Positions 9,697-18,454 are shown, counted from the stretch's first letter. The stretch is 24,000 nucleotides of DNA from Escherichia coli (GCF_034335725.2 NZ_CP139662.2); one strand, 5' to 3'. Notes: generated from the sequence alone by a model not told the origin. Numbers and translations are program-made.

Positions 9697-11922
9697 ATGA
9701 AAATACTGAGGCAACTGTGGAACCAGAAAGGGCTTGATGCGGCAGTTGAGAATGTACCTGAGGATCGATATGGCTTCAGAAATATTGCAGAAAATATCTC
9801 CCGATCCATTCTTTCCCTTCCACAGGAAGCTTCAAATGTGATCGGAATTGAAGGAGCATGGGGCTCAGGTAAAACAAGCCTTCTGAATCTGATACTGAAA
9901 AGTCTTTTTCAGCACAAGGATGGACACACGCATGTACTGCATGTTTCCCCATGGCTGAGTGGCAGTGATCCGGTTGAAGCGCTCTTTCTTCCTGTTGCCA
10001 CGGTTATTCAGCAGGAAATGGAAAAACGCTATCCTCCGAAGGGCTTCAAAAAGTTCTGGCGTAAATATCTGTTGTCACCAGAAGCTCAGAAAGTGATTGA
10101 GTATGCTCAGGATACTTCATCGCGCGTTCTTCCGCTGGTTCAGTATATCGGGCAGTTTTCCAGCATCATTAACTGGATAGCAGGCGGGATAAAAGTATTT
10201 ACCGAGAGTCGTCTCGCAGTTGATCAAAAAACGACAACAAAACTGCGGGCTGAAATTGCGAAACAACTGGTTACTCTGGATCTGAAATTCATCGTCGTTA
10301 TGGATGACCTTGATCGACTTGAACCTTCCCAGATTGCTGAAGTGTTCAGACTGGTGAGGGCTGTAGCCGATCTGCCCCGCTTTACCCATATTCTCTGTTA
10401 TGACAGGCAGATTATCACTCATGCCGTTGAGTATGCGCTGAATATAGAAGATGGCAGCCGTTACCTGCAGAAAATCATTCAGCTCAGTTTTAAATTACCC
10501 CGGCCTGAAGCCTTTGATTTACGCAATGAATTTCGCCAGCGGGCTGAGGCGCTGTATCAGCAAATTAATAATCAACCGCCAGACTCTGGAATGTCAGGGG
10601 ATCTCGCCGCGGTGACGGATACGTATGGTGGCGCACTTTCGACGCCACGGGAGATCCATCAGGCGATTAATTCCCTGATTTTTCTGTATCCGGGGATGCG
10701 GGATTTTGTGTATTTCCCTGATTTGTGCCTACTCCAGCTTATCCGGGTGACAAACCCGGCCCTGTATGACTGGACAGAGCATTACCTGACAGAACGGTCC
10801 GTGATTGAAACCGGCCAGGGCATGCTTTCTGACCGAGAAAAGGCAGACTTCCGGGAGGAGCTTATAAGGTCTATGAAGACGTTCAGGGCATCCAATGCAG
10901 ACTCGTTTCTGACGCTTGCAGACTGGCTCCCCGGTATCAGCGGACATGATGATGCACATCTGAATCTCTTTGAGCCCGTCAGTGAGGATTTTCGTCATAT
11001 CCAGACGACCGGTAAACGACTCAGCAGTCTGACGCACTGGCGATATTATTATGCCTTCTCCTCACCCCAGAATGTTCTGCCCACTGATTTCTTTAATGAG
11101 CTTTTTAAGCAGGCAGGCGTACCGGAAAACCAGCAGCAGCTCTCTGAAAAGCTCCTTTCAAAAATCAACAGTGTGGGTAGTCTGTCCGGAACCTGGTTCG
11201 AACATATACTAAGCAGGCTGACACCGGGGCTGATTAAGGAACGTAATTTCGAAGAGTGTGCTGGGTTGATTCAGTTTTTCTTCGATCACACGGATGAGGT
11301 CAGCACTCGCTTCCGGATCCGTAACACATGGTTTTCCCTGCGTGAAACTGGCATTAATCAGGTTGTACGGCATCTGCTGAAGCATATGCAGAATATTGAT
11401 GAGACCAGAACAGTCACGCAGATGGAAAAGCTGATTGTTACTGGCGCTTCGCCGTTCTGGATAGCCGATTTTATGCGGGATCTTATCTGGGAACACGGTC
11501 TTGCTCAAAATGCAGTACCTTCCCCTTCAGACGCTCTTTTCAGTCGCGATATTACGGAACGGTTGCGTGACAGATTTGCTGAACGCATGAGTCAGCCAGA
11601 ACTTAAGCAACAACTTCTCCTGCGCCAGTCAATTCTCGGGTATCTCTACGCCTGGAGAGACATGAGTTCAGATGAAGCCGTGAAGCAATGGGTCAGAGAA
11701 GTAACTGCCACTGATGAAGGCCTCGTTAACCTGTTGATACGATTACAGACCAGTGTCTTCAGCTCTCACAGAGGGGCATATCGCCGGATTGCGCGTGACC
11801 AGGTCAGTCCGTTCTTTGATGACTGGTCAGCAGTCGAAGAGAAGCTGAAGGTTATGCTGTCCGGCAACGAGCTGACGCCGGAGCAGGAAGAACTCAAAAG
11901 TGCACTGGGAAATGACGACTGA
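9697..11922 (+). CDS. KAP-family P-loop NTPase (741 aa)
   Basis: Walker A IEGAWGSGKTSLLNLIL, Walker B FIVVMDDLDRLEPSQIAEVFRLVRAVADLPRFTHILCYDRQII, and a hydrophobic insert (LPLVQYIGQFSSIINWIAGGI) between them, as in KAP proteins. Confidence 0.85.
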   Translation: MKILRQLWNQKGLDAAVENVPEDRYGFRNIAENISRSILSLPQEASNVIGIEGAWGSGKTSLLNLILKSLFQHKDGHTHVLHVSPWLSGSDPVEALFLPVATVIQQEMEKRYPPKGFKKFWRKYLLSPEAQKVIEYAQDTSSRVLPLVQYIGQFSSIINWIAGGIKVFTESRLAVDQKTTTKLRAEIAKQLVTLDLKFIVVMDDLDRLEPSQIAEVFRLVRAVADLPRFTHILCYDRQIITHAVEYALNIEDGSRYLQKIIQLSFKLPRPEAFDLRNEFRQRAEALYQQINNQPPDSGMSGDLAAVTDTYGGALSTPREIHQAINSLIFLYPGMRDFVYFPDLCLLQLIRVTNPALYDWTEHYLTERSVIETGQGMLSDREKADFREELIRSMKTFRASNADSFLTLADWLPGISGHDDAHLNLFEPVSEDFRHIQTTGKRLSSLTHWRYYYAFSSPQNVLPTDFFNELFKQAGVPENQQQLSEKLLSKINSVGSLSGTWFEHILSRLTPGLIKERNFEECAGLIQFFFDHTDEVSTRFRIRNTWFSLRETGINQVVRHLLKHMQNIDETRTVTQMEKLIVTGASPFWIADFMRDLIWEHGLAQNAVPSPSDALFSRDITERLRDRFAERMSQPELKQQLLLRQSILGYLYAWRDMSSDEAVKQWVREVTATDEGLVNLLIRLQTSVFSSHRGAYRRIARDQVSPFFDDWSAVEEKLKVMLSGNELTPEQEELKSALGNDD

Positions 11923-11928
11923 TCTGAT

Positions 11929-11955
11929 AAAAAGGCCGCCTGGCGGCCTTTTTAT
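11929..11955. terminator. Bidirectional Rho-independent terminator between convergent genes
   Basis: AAAAGGCCGC(11930-11939)-CTG-GCGGCCTTTT(11943-11952), A/T-flanked on both sides. Confidence 0.85.
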
Positions 11956-11970
11956 TACTCAATAAGTGGA

Positions 11971-12903
11971 TCAGGCGCTTAACGCTTTTTCCTTGTCAAA
12001 AGGAACACCGGCATACGTCAGCTCACTCAGCAGCTTGCGTTTCCATCCACCATGCTCATCAAGCTCGGTATAGAGTACGCCCGCGAGATCGGAAGGTATT
12101 TCGATATCTCCCTTCCTTAGTACCAGCACTTTCCCGCGCCCAAGCTTACCCGCGAAATATCCCAGTTCATACAGGACATTCTGGCGTGCACGCAGTCGTG
12201 TGTTTTCAGATGCCAGGGCATTTCCACTGTCGTCGGGTGTCATCAGCACTATGGCAAAGCTGACATCTCCTGACTCCGCTTCAAATTTCTCGATTACAGT
12301 CCTTGAGCCATCAGGACGTTCAGAGAGAATGATTTCCTCCAGCCCTATCCGGGATATAAAGCGGGCAACAGACTGAAGGGCATCATTATCATGGCCGTGA
12401 ACAATAAAAATTTTGCGCGAGACCTGACGTATTACTACCGGATCAGGATCGGATTCATTCTCAACATACAGCTGGTAGTCGCGAACAAAAGTTACCAGTA
12501 ACGAGGATGTGAACTTACGGACAGATTCAATAATTTTTCGGTCATAGAAAAACGTGTGGCAAAAATTGAATGCGAAATTATCGTTAACGGACATTTTCCT
12601 GATTAACAAAAGCTTCAGGCCTAAAATTTCACGCGGTTCTTCAGGCCACTGCAGGATGGCGGAGCCGGCCATACTGGATTCGGTTTCATGACTTTTCGCC
12701 AGAAAGGCGTCAAGATCGACATCACATGTCAGGCGTTCGTTAACAGCCTGTAGATTACCGTCGTTCAGGAGCCGGGCCAGTTGTTTCAGTGGTTGCTGAT
12801 AGTTCTGTGCATCAGCACGCTGCAAATCATACACACAATTTTTGAGTGACTGAAAAATGTCAATTGCCATCCTGCCCGTTCTCCTGTCTTTGCTGTTCGG
12901 CAC
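11971..12903 (-). CDS. TIR-like (CAP12/PF10137-type) nucleotide-binding effector protein
   Basis: C-terminal domain KIFIVHGHDNDALQSVARFISRIGLEEIILSERPDGSRTVIEKFE...FAIVLMTPDD...RARQNVLYELGYFAGKLGRGKVLVLRKGDIEIPSDLAGVLYTEL. Start may be 12903 or internal Met at 12870. Confidence 0.8.
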   Translation of the reverse strand: MPNSKDRRTGRMAIDIFQSLKNCVYDLQRADAQNYQQPLKQLARLLNDGNLQAVNERLTCDVDLDAFLAKSHETESSMAGSAILQWPEEPREILGLKLLLIRKMSVNDNFAFNFCHTFFYDRKIIESVRKFTSSLLVTFVRDYQLYVENESDPDPVVIRQVSRKIFIVHGHDNDALQSVARFISRIGLEEIILSERPDGSRTVIEKFEAESGDVSFAIVLMTPDDSGNALASENTRLRARQNVLYELGYFAGKLGRGKVLVLRKGDIEIPSDLAGVLYTELDEHGGWKRKLLSELTYAGVPFDKEKALSA

Positions 12904-13150
12904 TATCCAGAATTTGCTGACGCAAATCCTCTTTCATGGCCTCGATCATGGGACTAATCATCGGATTAGCGGCATACCGTGAGGCTCGCTCCTCCAACAT
13001 GCTGTACGCTTCCTGAATCGCAGTTTCAATGCTGACAGGATCGTTTGCATCAAAACTTACCGGATAACTACCGTTAAGGGTTTCAGCCGCTTCCTCAACT
13101 TCTTTCAATTGTTTCTGCAATTTATCTATACCTGTAATTTTTACGCCCAA
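12860..13150 (-). CDS. Small protein (96 aa) overlapping and co-oriented with the TIR-like gene
   Basis: TTG start preceded by GGAGG (gcGGAGGctaaTTG), stop overlaps the start region of the TIR-like gene. Sequence MGVKITGIDKLQKQLKEVEEAAETLNGSYPVSFDANDPVSIETAIQEAYSMLEE is helix-rich. Confidence 0.7.
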   Translation of the reverse strand: MGVKITGIDKLQKQLKEVEEAAETLNGSYPVSFDANDPVSIETAIQEAYSMLEERASRYAANPMISPMIEAMKEDLRQQILDSAEQQRQENGQDGN

Positions 13151-13501
13151 ATTAGCCTCCGCAGCAGTGAAGTTCCTCAGCCAGTTATAGATAACATTTT
13201 GAAAAAGGGAAGGAGTGGAGACAACTCAAAATTCATACGATTTTACTGAGATCCGGAACTACCTTTTTTCGGATCTGAGGAACGAAACAGAGACATTGCG
13301 AACAAAATAAGAAATAAAGTGAAAAATTATTGCAAAAACGGCATTAATGCGTAATCAACAAAGGTTCTGTCTTATTCAATACATAACGGCAATAAAAGGC
13401 GAAAAACGAATTTATTTTCACTTTTTGCGGAAAAGCGGCCTTTAAGTCCACTCGTCAACAGTAAATACCTGCACATCAACCCGGACATAAAGGAGAACAC
13501 T

Positions 13502-13708
13502 ATGTCTACATTTATCGCAGCAGTATTTACTGTCATCCTCACCCTCATCGCCATCGGTAAGTTCATCTGGGCCGTTGTCGTAGCGTACCGGAGCCTCACC
13601 TGGTTCTTAACCCACTTTGACGAGCTTCCCTATATCTGGACATGCAGCTGGCGATATTACCGCCGGTATATTTTCCGCCGTATCTACCGTCGCGTCTTCA
13701 GTCGCTGA
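13502..13708 (+). CDS. Small membrane protein (68 aa)
   Basis: Strong SD (aaaGGAGaacactATG), hydrophobic N-terminus MSTFIAAVFTVILTLIAIGKFIWAVVVAYRSL, arginine-rich tail. Confidence 0.6.
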   Translation: MSTFIAAVFTVILTLIAIGKFIWAVVVAYRSLTWFLTHFDELPYIWTCSWRYYRRYIFRRIYRRVFSR

Positions 13709-13991
13709 TTTCGTTATCCAGCGGCATGCCCAGCCCGGCCAGCCAGCACAGACAGCACCAGGTGGTGAACACCATCTGTGTCTGACCGGATTTCCATTTG
13801 CGGATAGTTCGTGGGTCCACCGCCAGCCGGTGGGCCAGCTCCAGGTCAGTCAGGGGGATCAGCCCCCGGACCACGGAAATGTCACTGACCGAGGGCGTCT
13901 GCCAGTACTTCGTGCTGACTAGGGTATAACCGTTGAAGGCGTGGGTTTTGATCAGCGAGTGGATCAGCGTCAGGTGCTCCTGATTTTCCAT
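13698..13991 (-). CDS. Small HTH-domain protein (97 aa)
   Basis: HTH-like LTDLELAHRLAVDPRTIRKWKSGQTQM; 15 bp downstream of the DUF3800 gene in the same direction. Confidence 0.65.
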   Translation of the reverse strand: MENQEHLTLIHSLIKTHAFNGYTLVSTKYWQTPSVSDISVVRGLIPLTDLELAHRLAVDPRTIRKWKSGQTQMVFTTWCCLCWLAGLGMPLDNEISD

Positions 13992-14006
13992 CGTGCTACC
14001 CGCCGG

Positions 14007-15140
14007 TCAGATGCTAGTGAAACCGGGAACCCGGTGCTGCAGACGGCGGGCTTCTTCCCGGGCCTGAAGTTCACGCCCTTTTTGCAACATGTCCGCCGTT
14101 GGCTCCGGCAGGGTCTCCATGAACGCTTTAAACTGTTTGCCGATCGCGTCCAGTGACACGCTGGAGGTGATAGAGGTATGCCGGTTGGTATAAACCAGGC
14201 GTGTCAGCGGCCGGGTTAGTTCTTTACCTTCCATAAAGCGTTTGAAGATCCACAGATAGAGATCAACCAGTTCCAGTCCGGCGCTCTGCGTACCAGACTG
14301 GAAGACCAGCGGTTGCTCTGGCATGTTTTTCATGTCCATCACCGGCAGACCTGGCCCCAGCTCCCATGGCTGAGCGCGAATCTGACGATAAAATACGCTC
14401 AACTCCCGCTGGGTGGTGTTGAACTGCGATTGCTGATCAACAATGATGCGGGCCTTGCGGTTGGGAGCGCCTAGCCGGTGGCAGATCCCATGAAGCACGG
14501 ACTGAAAGCCAATCATGTTTGGCATGATCTGCAGTTTTTCTTTATTGGTTTTGCAGTTGTAGCTGAGTTCATCAAAGTGGGCCATTGCCCACGACAGCGC
14601 ATCAGTCACAATTTCAATGAAACGGGGATCGCCCAGCATCCCGACACGTGAAAGCAGTACGCTGCAGACTTCCCCCAACAACGCCGCCGACCGGCCATCG
14701 TGGGCTTCCAGACGGGCGCGCCAGGCTTTTTCCGCTAGCTCATCATCAAACAGCCGGGCCAGATTTATCAGCAGGGGATAGCGAAGCGGGGTCCAGTAGG
14801 CCGTCCAGGGCACCACCGGATTCATCCCCTGGTCAAACACCTGATCGAAGAAGGAAATGATGGCGTGATCGCGTTTGACCACCTGCCAGATATCAAAGCG
14901 GATACGGTGCTTTTTCTGCAGAACCAGTAACGTATCGATGACGTTATCCAGGCGGTGCATACCCAGTTCGGCGGCGTGCAGTCGCACCACCCCCATTTTT
15001 TTACGCAGCGCAGCGAGGGCAGGCTCCGCGACAGTATCGAGATCATCGGGTGAGGACAGCACGCCGTAGGACAGTATCGGCTGAGTGCTGTCAAAAAGGT
15101 TCGGTCCGGTATGGCCGGTTTCATCAACATAAAAGTGCAT
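14007..15140 (-). CDS. DUF3800-domain protein (377 aa)
   Basis: MHFYVDETGHTGPNLFDSTQPILSYGVL N-terminus and ARIIVDQQSQFNTTQRELSVFY / GLELVDLYLW C-terminal motifs typical of DUF3800 (RNase H-like fold). Confidence 0.75.
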   Translation of the reverse strand: MHFYVDETGHTGPNLFDSTQPILSYGVLSSPDDLDTVAEPALAALRKKMGVVRLHAAELGMHRLDNVIDTLLVLQKKHRIRFDIWQVVKRDHAIISFFDQVFDQGMNPVVPWTAYWTPLRYPLLINLARLFDDELAEKAWRARLEAHDGRSAALLGEVCSVLLSRVGMLGDPRFIEIVTDALSWAMAHFDELSYNCKTNKEKLQIMPNMIGFQSVLHGICHRLGAPNRKARIIVDQQSQFNTTQRELSVFYRQIRAQPWELGPGLPVMDMKNMPEQPLVFQSGTQSAGLELVDLYLWIFKRFMEGKELTRPLTRLVYTNRHTSITSSVSLDAIGKQFKAFMETLPEPTADMLQKGRELQAREEARRLQHRVPGFTSI

Positions 15141-15589
15141 CAGGACATCCTGTATCAGTGGCTCCGGTATGACGCCGGACGAGGGATAAAACTATATAGA
15201 GGCCTGCAGGTCGCTCAATTAAAGACTGTCAGCCCGGTGCCAGGTTTAATAGATCGCGCAAATCAGGTACTGTCCGGCATTATTGTAAATCACCATATCA
15301 CCGGTCGGCAGCTGCCTGATGCCATTATCAGGCAACCTCTCACTTCCGAAAACATTAAATTTCGCCCGATTCAAGGCACGAAAACCCACTATTTATCTGA
15401 TTTTAATTGGTTATTTAATTCCTTCATGCCATTTTCCCCACTTCCATTTTCTCGCCCAGGGTGACTTTTTCTGAAGGCGTTTACCCGCTGACCGGCCGTC
15501 AGTTCCTGTTATCTCACTGAATCGCAGGTTCAAACAGCCACCTCCAGCTGTGGTATTTTTCGGATCTGCGGTGGAGAAATGAGAAAACA

Positions 15590-15710
15590 GGATATGCACA
15601 GCATATCCATATTCCGCGCATCTGCATAGGGCAGACATACGCATATGCCAGTCATCTGCATATGCGACACCTATACAAACCAATCTGGCAGGCATATACT
15701 GCACATATGC
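15590..15710. promoter_or_regulatory. Palindrome-rich putative operator upstream of vapBC
   Basis: Perfect inverted repeat GGATATGC-ACA-GCATATCC (15590-15608), two copies of the palindrome GCATATGC (15641-15648, 15658-15665), plus related GGCATATACTGCACATATGC (15691-15710). Confidence 0.6.
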
Positions 15711-15747
15711 ACTCACACATCATGCATGATCAGTTGGAGGAACATCC

Positions 15748-15978
15748 ATGCGCACAGTTTCGATATTTAAAAACGGCAATAACCGCGCCATCCGTCTGCC
15801 CCGGGACCTGGATTTTGACGGCGTCAGCGAGCTGGAGATCGTCCGGGAAGGGGACAGCATCATTCTGCGTCCCGTCCGGCCGACCTGGGGCTCGTTCGCG
15901 CAGCTGGACAGGGCCGCTCCGGACTTTATGGCGGAGCGTGAGGATGTGGTCAGCGATGAAGGACGCTTTGAGCCATGA
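15748..15978 (+). CDS. vapB: VapB-type antitoxin (SpoVT/AbrB-like)
   Basis: MRTVSIFKNGNNRAIRLPRDLDFDGVSELEIVREGDSIILRPVRPTW; SD TTGGAGG; 4-nt overlap with vapC. Confidence 0.9.
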   Translation: MRTVSIFKNGNNRAIRLPRDLDFDGVSELEIVREGDSIILRPVRPTWGSFAQLDRAAPDFMAEREDVVSDEGRFEP

Positions 15979-16418
15979 AGAAAACCTGGATGCTCGACAC
16001 TAACATCTGCTCGTTCATCATGCGCGAGCAGCCGGCAGCGGTGCTGAAGCGCCTGGAACAGGCGGTGCTGCGCGGTGATCGCATCGTGGTCTCGGCCGTG
16101 ACGTATGCCGAGATGCGCTTCGGCGCCACCGGCCCGAAGGCCTCGCCGCGCCATATTCAGCTGGTCGACGCGTTCTGCGCGCGCCTCGATGCCATCCTGC
16201 CCTGGGACCGGGCCGCGGTGGACGCCACGACGGACATCCGGGTGGCGCTGCGCCTCGCCGGGACGCCGATCGGCCCGAACGACACGGCCATTGCTGGGCA
16301 CGCTATCGCGGCCGGCGCCGTCCTAGTGACGAACAATGTGAGAGAGTTTGAGCGGGTGCCGGGTCTGGTGCTGGAAGACTGGGTGAAGAAAGCCGCTCTC
16401 TGCAGGGTAATTTCTTGA
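15975..16418 (+). CDS. vapC: VapC-type PIN-domain ribonuclease toxin
   Basis: MLDTNICSFIMREQPAAVL...VVSAVTYAEMRFGA...GPNDTAIAGHAIAAGAVLVTNNVREFERVPGLVLEDWV: PIN acidic residues present. Confidence 0.92.
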   Translation: MKKTWMLDTNICSFIMREQPAAVLKRLEQAVLRGDRIVVSAVTYAEMRFGATGPKASPRHIQLVDAFCARLDAILPWDRAAVDATTDIRVALRLAGTPIGPNDTAIAGHAIAAGAVLVTNNVREFERVPGLVLEDWVKKAALCRVIS

Positions 16419-16431
16419 ATTACCATGCAGG

Positions 16432-16850
16432 TTATTTCGGCGTGCCGCTTATTATGCCCTTAAGAGTGTAAAGCCTGTCGAACTGGGCATAAGGTTCCCC
16501 TGTTTCCGCTGCGTGTCGGAGTTTTGCGTCCAGAAGGTCGGGCAGAGCGATACCATGACTGAGTGAATGGTAAAGATCATAACCGCTGACACAGATCACC
16601 CGTTTTCCTTTCCCGAAGGCCGTCAGACCTTCATCAGTAAACCCCATCCATCTGATGAACACGCCCCGGGCCCACTTTGCCTTGGTGCTGAGTTTTCCTT
16701 CGAATACGTGCAAATCTGCCGCTGGCGTTCTGTTCTGATGCCACTTAGCTTCCAACAGGTAAAAGTCATCATTCAGCCGGAAGCTGCCGTCAATCTGCTC
16801 GCCCGGGTTACGGAATGACGAGCGGGGGGAAAGCTTAAAGATACTGAAAT
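16432..16850 (-). CDS. C-terminal restriction-endonuclease-like (Mrr-like) domain, fused in frame downstream of IS3 OrfA
   Basis: GEQIDGSFRLNDDFYLLEAKWHQNRTPAADLHVFEGKLSTKAKWARGVFIRWMGF keeps a D...ExK nuclease signature; its native N-terminus is missing. Confidence 0.65.
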
Positions 16851-17145
16851 TCAGGCGCTTCGCGAAGTATGTCGCGGCCTTTTGGAGGATGGCCAGTTCC
16901 TCAGCCTGCTCCGCCAGTTGTCGTTTAAGGCGGACATTTTCAGCGGCCAGTTCGCTTTCGCGCTCTGACGAACTCATTTGTTGCTGCTGTTTACTGCGCC
17001 AGGCATAAAGCTGAGATTCGTACAGGTTGAGTTCACGGGCTGCGGCGGCCACACCGATGCGTTCAGCGAGTTTCAGGGCTTCGTTACGAAATTCAGGCGT
17101 ATGTTGTTTACGGGGCTTCTTGCTGATTGATACTGGTTTTGTCAT
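16851..17145 (-). mobile_element. IS3-family OrfA remnant (orfB absent)
   Basis: MTKPVSISKKPRKQHTPEFRNEALKLAERIGVAAAARELNLYESQLYAWRSKQQQQMSSSERESELAAENVRLKRQLAEQAEELAILQKAATYFAKRL, classic IS3-family OrfA with leucine zipper. Confidence 0.85.
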
Positions 17146-17561
17146 GAGTCACCTCTGGTTGAGAGTTTACTCACTTAGTCCTGTGTCCACTATTGGTGGG
17201 TAAGATTAATCTAATCCCCAAGGGTATTGTTGTTTTTAATAAAATTATCGTGATAATTATTTCAAAAGAGGGTATTATTAAAATAATTCCTAAATAAACA
17301 AATACCCAATTCTTTTTTATGAATTCTTAATCACACAGGGAAATGCTTTATTTATTTTTTCAAAGTAAAATCAATTTGTTACTACCATGCAAACACAAAC
17401 ACAAACCTTATTAAGCACATAAAATGAATAATAATTCATCATGAAACTGTAAACATTATGTTTCATGTAAAATGGTATTATGTTGCTTTAAAAAGAAATA
17501 CATTTATAATTGAATAGATAAATTACTGGAGGCATCATTAGATAATGAAACTGGTGTTTCA

Positions 17562-18198
17562 ATGGAAAAATATATTTACTTTATGTGCAATAAGGATGTT
17601 ACATTAGTGTTAACTGATGATTATTATTTTTATTTCGGCCTAAAGCAGTTAACTGGACTACCTCTGGTTTATATTACGTATGAAGGCTCGATGGATAAAC
17701 CAATAGTTATTAAGCAGAAAAGAAATATAAGAGTATTGGTTGATAGCCGGATTTTTTATTCAGGGAAATGGGATGGTTATAAAATGTTAAGGAAAACATT
17801 AAATATGATAAGTCAATGGATGTGGCTTGACATTTCGGGGGGGGGGAGAAGTTTTATCCTAAAGGGTGTGATTATGACATCTATGTCAACATGCAAGGAA
17901 ATTTAAAAAAAACATTGAAGAGCTATATTATGCATACTTAAAGAAAAATGTTAGCCGGATTGGAAATCATTACCCACAACTAACAAAAAAAGAACAAATC
18001 ATTCTACAATGCTTACTCTCCAGGAGGGAGGGCATCCATGAATTAAAAAGCCGTCTAAAAATTGAAGAGAAAACACTATCGTGTCACAGATGTAAAATAA
18101 CAAGAAAATTTGGTTGTAAAAGATTCATAAGATTTATGTATCTTTACAACTTAAATAAAGAAATAACTGATGAAAAATGGTGCACATCAAATACCTAG
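17562..18198 (+). pseudogene. LuxR-type regulator split by two apparent frameshifts (G10 and A8 tracts)
   Basis: N-terminal ORF MEKYIYFMCNKDVTLVLTDDYYFYFGLKQL...MLRKTLNMISQWMWLDIS leads into GGGGGGGGGG (17837-17846). Another frame carries EKFYPKGCDYDIYVNMQGN up to the A8 tract, and a third carries NIEELYYAYLKKNVSRIGNHYPQLTKKEQIILQCLLSRREGIHELKSRLKIEEKTLSCHRCKITRKFGCK (LuxR-type HTH) ending at 18198. Confidence 0.7.
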
Positions 18199-18216
18199 AT
18201 AAAAAGGGAGGAGGAG

Positions 18217-18381
18217 GTGAACTATCCATCCATTATATTTATAATTCTTTTTCTATTTTATTTGTCAATTTATAATTTTTATTCTTACATAGCTCAAAGA
18301 AGGAGGTTGAGAAACATATTCCTATCAAGAAGAAGGAGGCGCAAAAAAAATAATCACCATAAAACGTCTCACACTCAATAA
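18217..18381 (+). CDS. Possible 54-aa membrane protein with polybasic tail
   Basis: GTG start after GGGAGGAGGAG; translation VNYPSIIFIILFLFYLSIYNFYSYIAQRRRLRNIFLSRRRRRKKNNHHKTSHTQ. Not in the supplied ORF track. Confidence 0.3.
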   Translation: MNYPSIIFIILFLFYLSIYNFYSYIAQRRRLRNIFLSRRRRRKKNNHHKTSHTQ

Positions 18382-18454
18382 ATAATATAATAATCATATA
18401 TAATTAATGACAGTTTTAGTTGATATATAAGGATGCATTAAAGGTAAGAACACT

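Noticed and set aside
13249-13276. Inverted repeat AGATCCG...CGGATCT upstream of the small gene/TIR operon
   Set aside because: Only 7-bp arms with a 14-nt spacer; could be an operator but too weak to report as a feature.
13617-13922. 101-aa + strand ORF
   Set aside because: Antisense to the HTH ORF, proline/glutamine-rich, no plausible ribosome binding site noted.
15720-16301. 193-aa minus-strand ORF
   Set aside because: Shadow ORF of vapBC; the plus strand carries recognisable antitoxin and PIN toxin.
16406-16424. GGTAATT-TCTTG-AATTACC at the end of vapC
   Set aside because: Perfect but short AT-rich palindrome with no U-tract; not convincing as a terminator.
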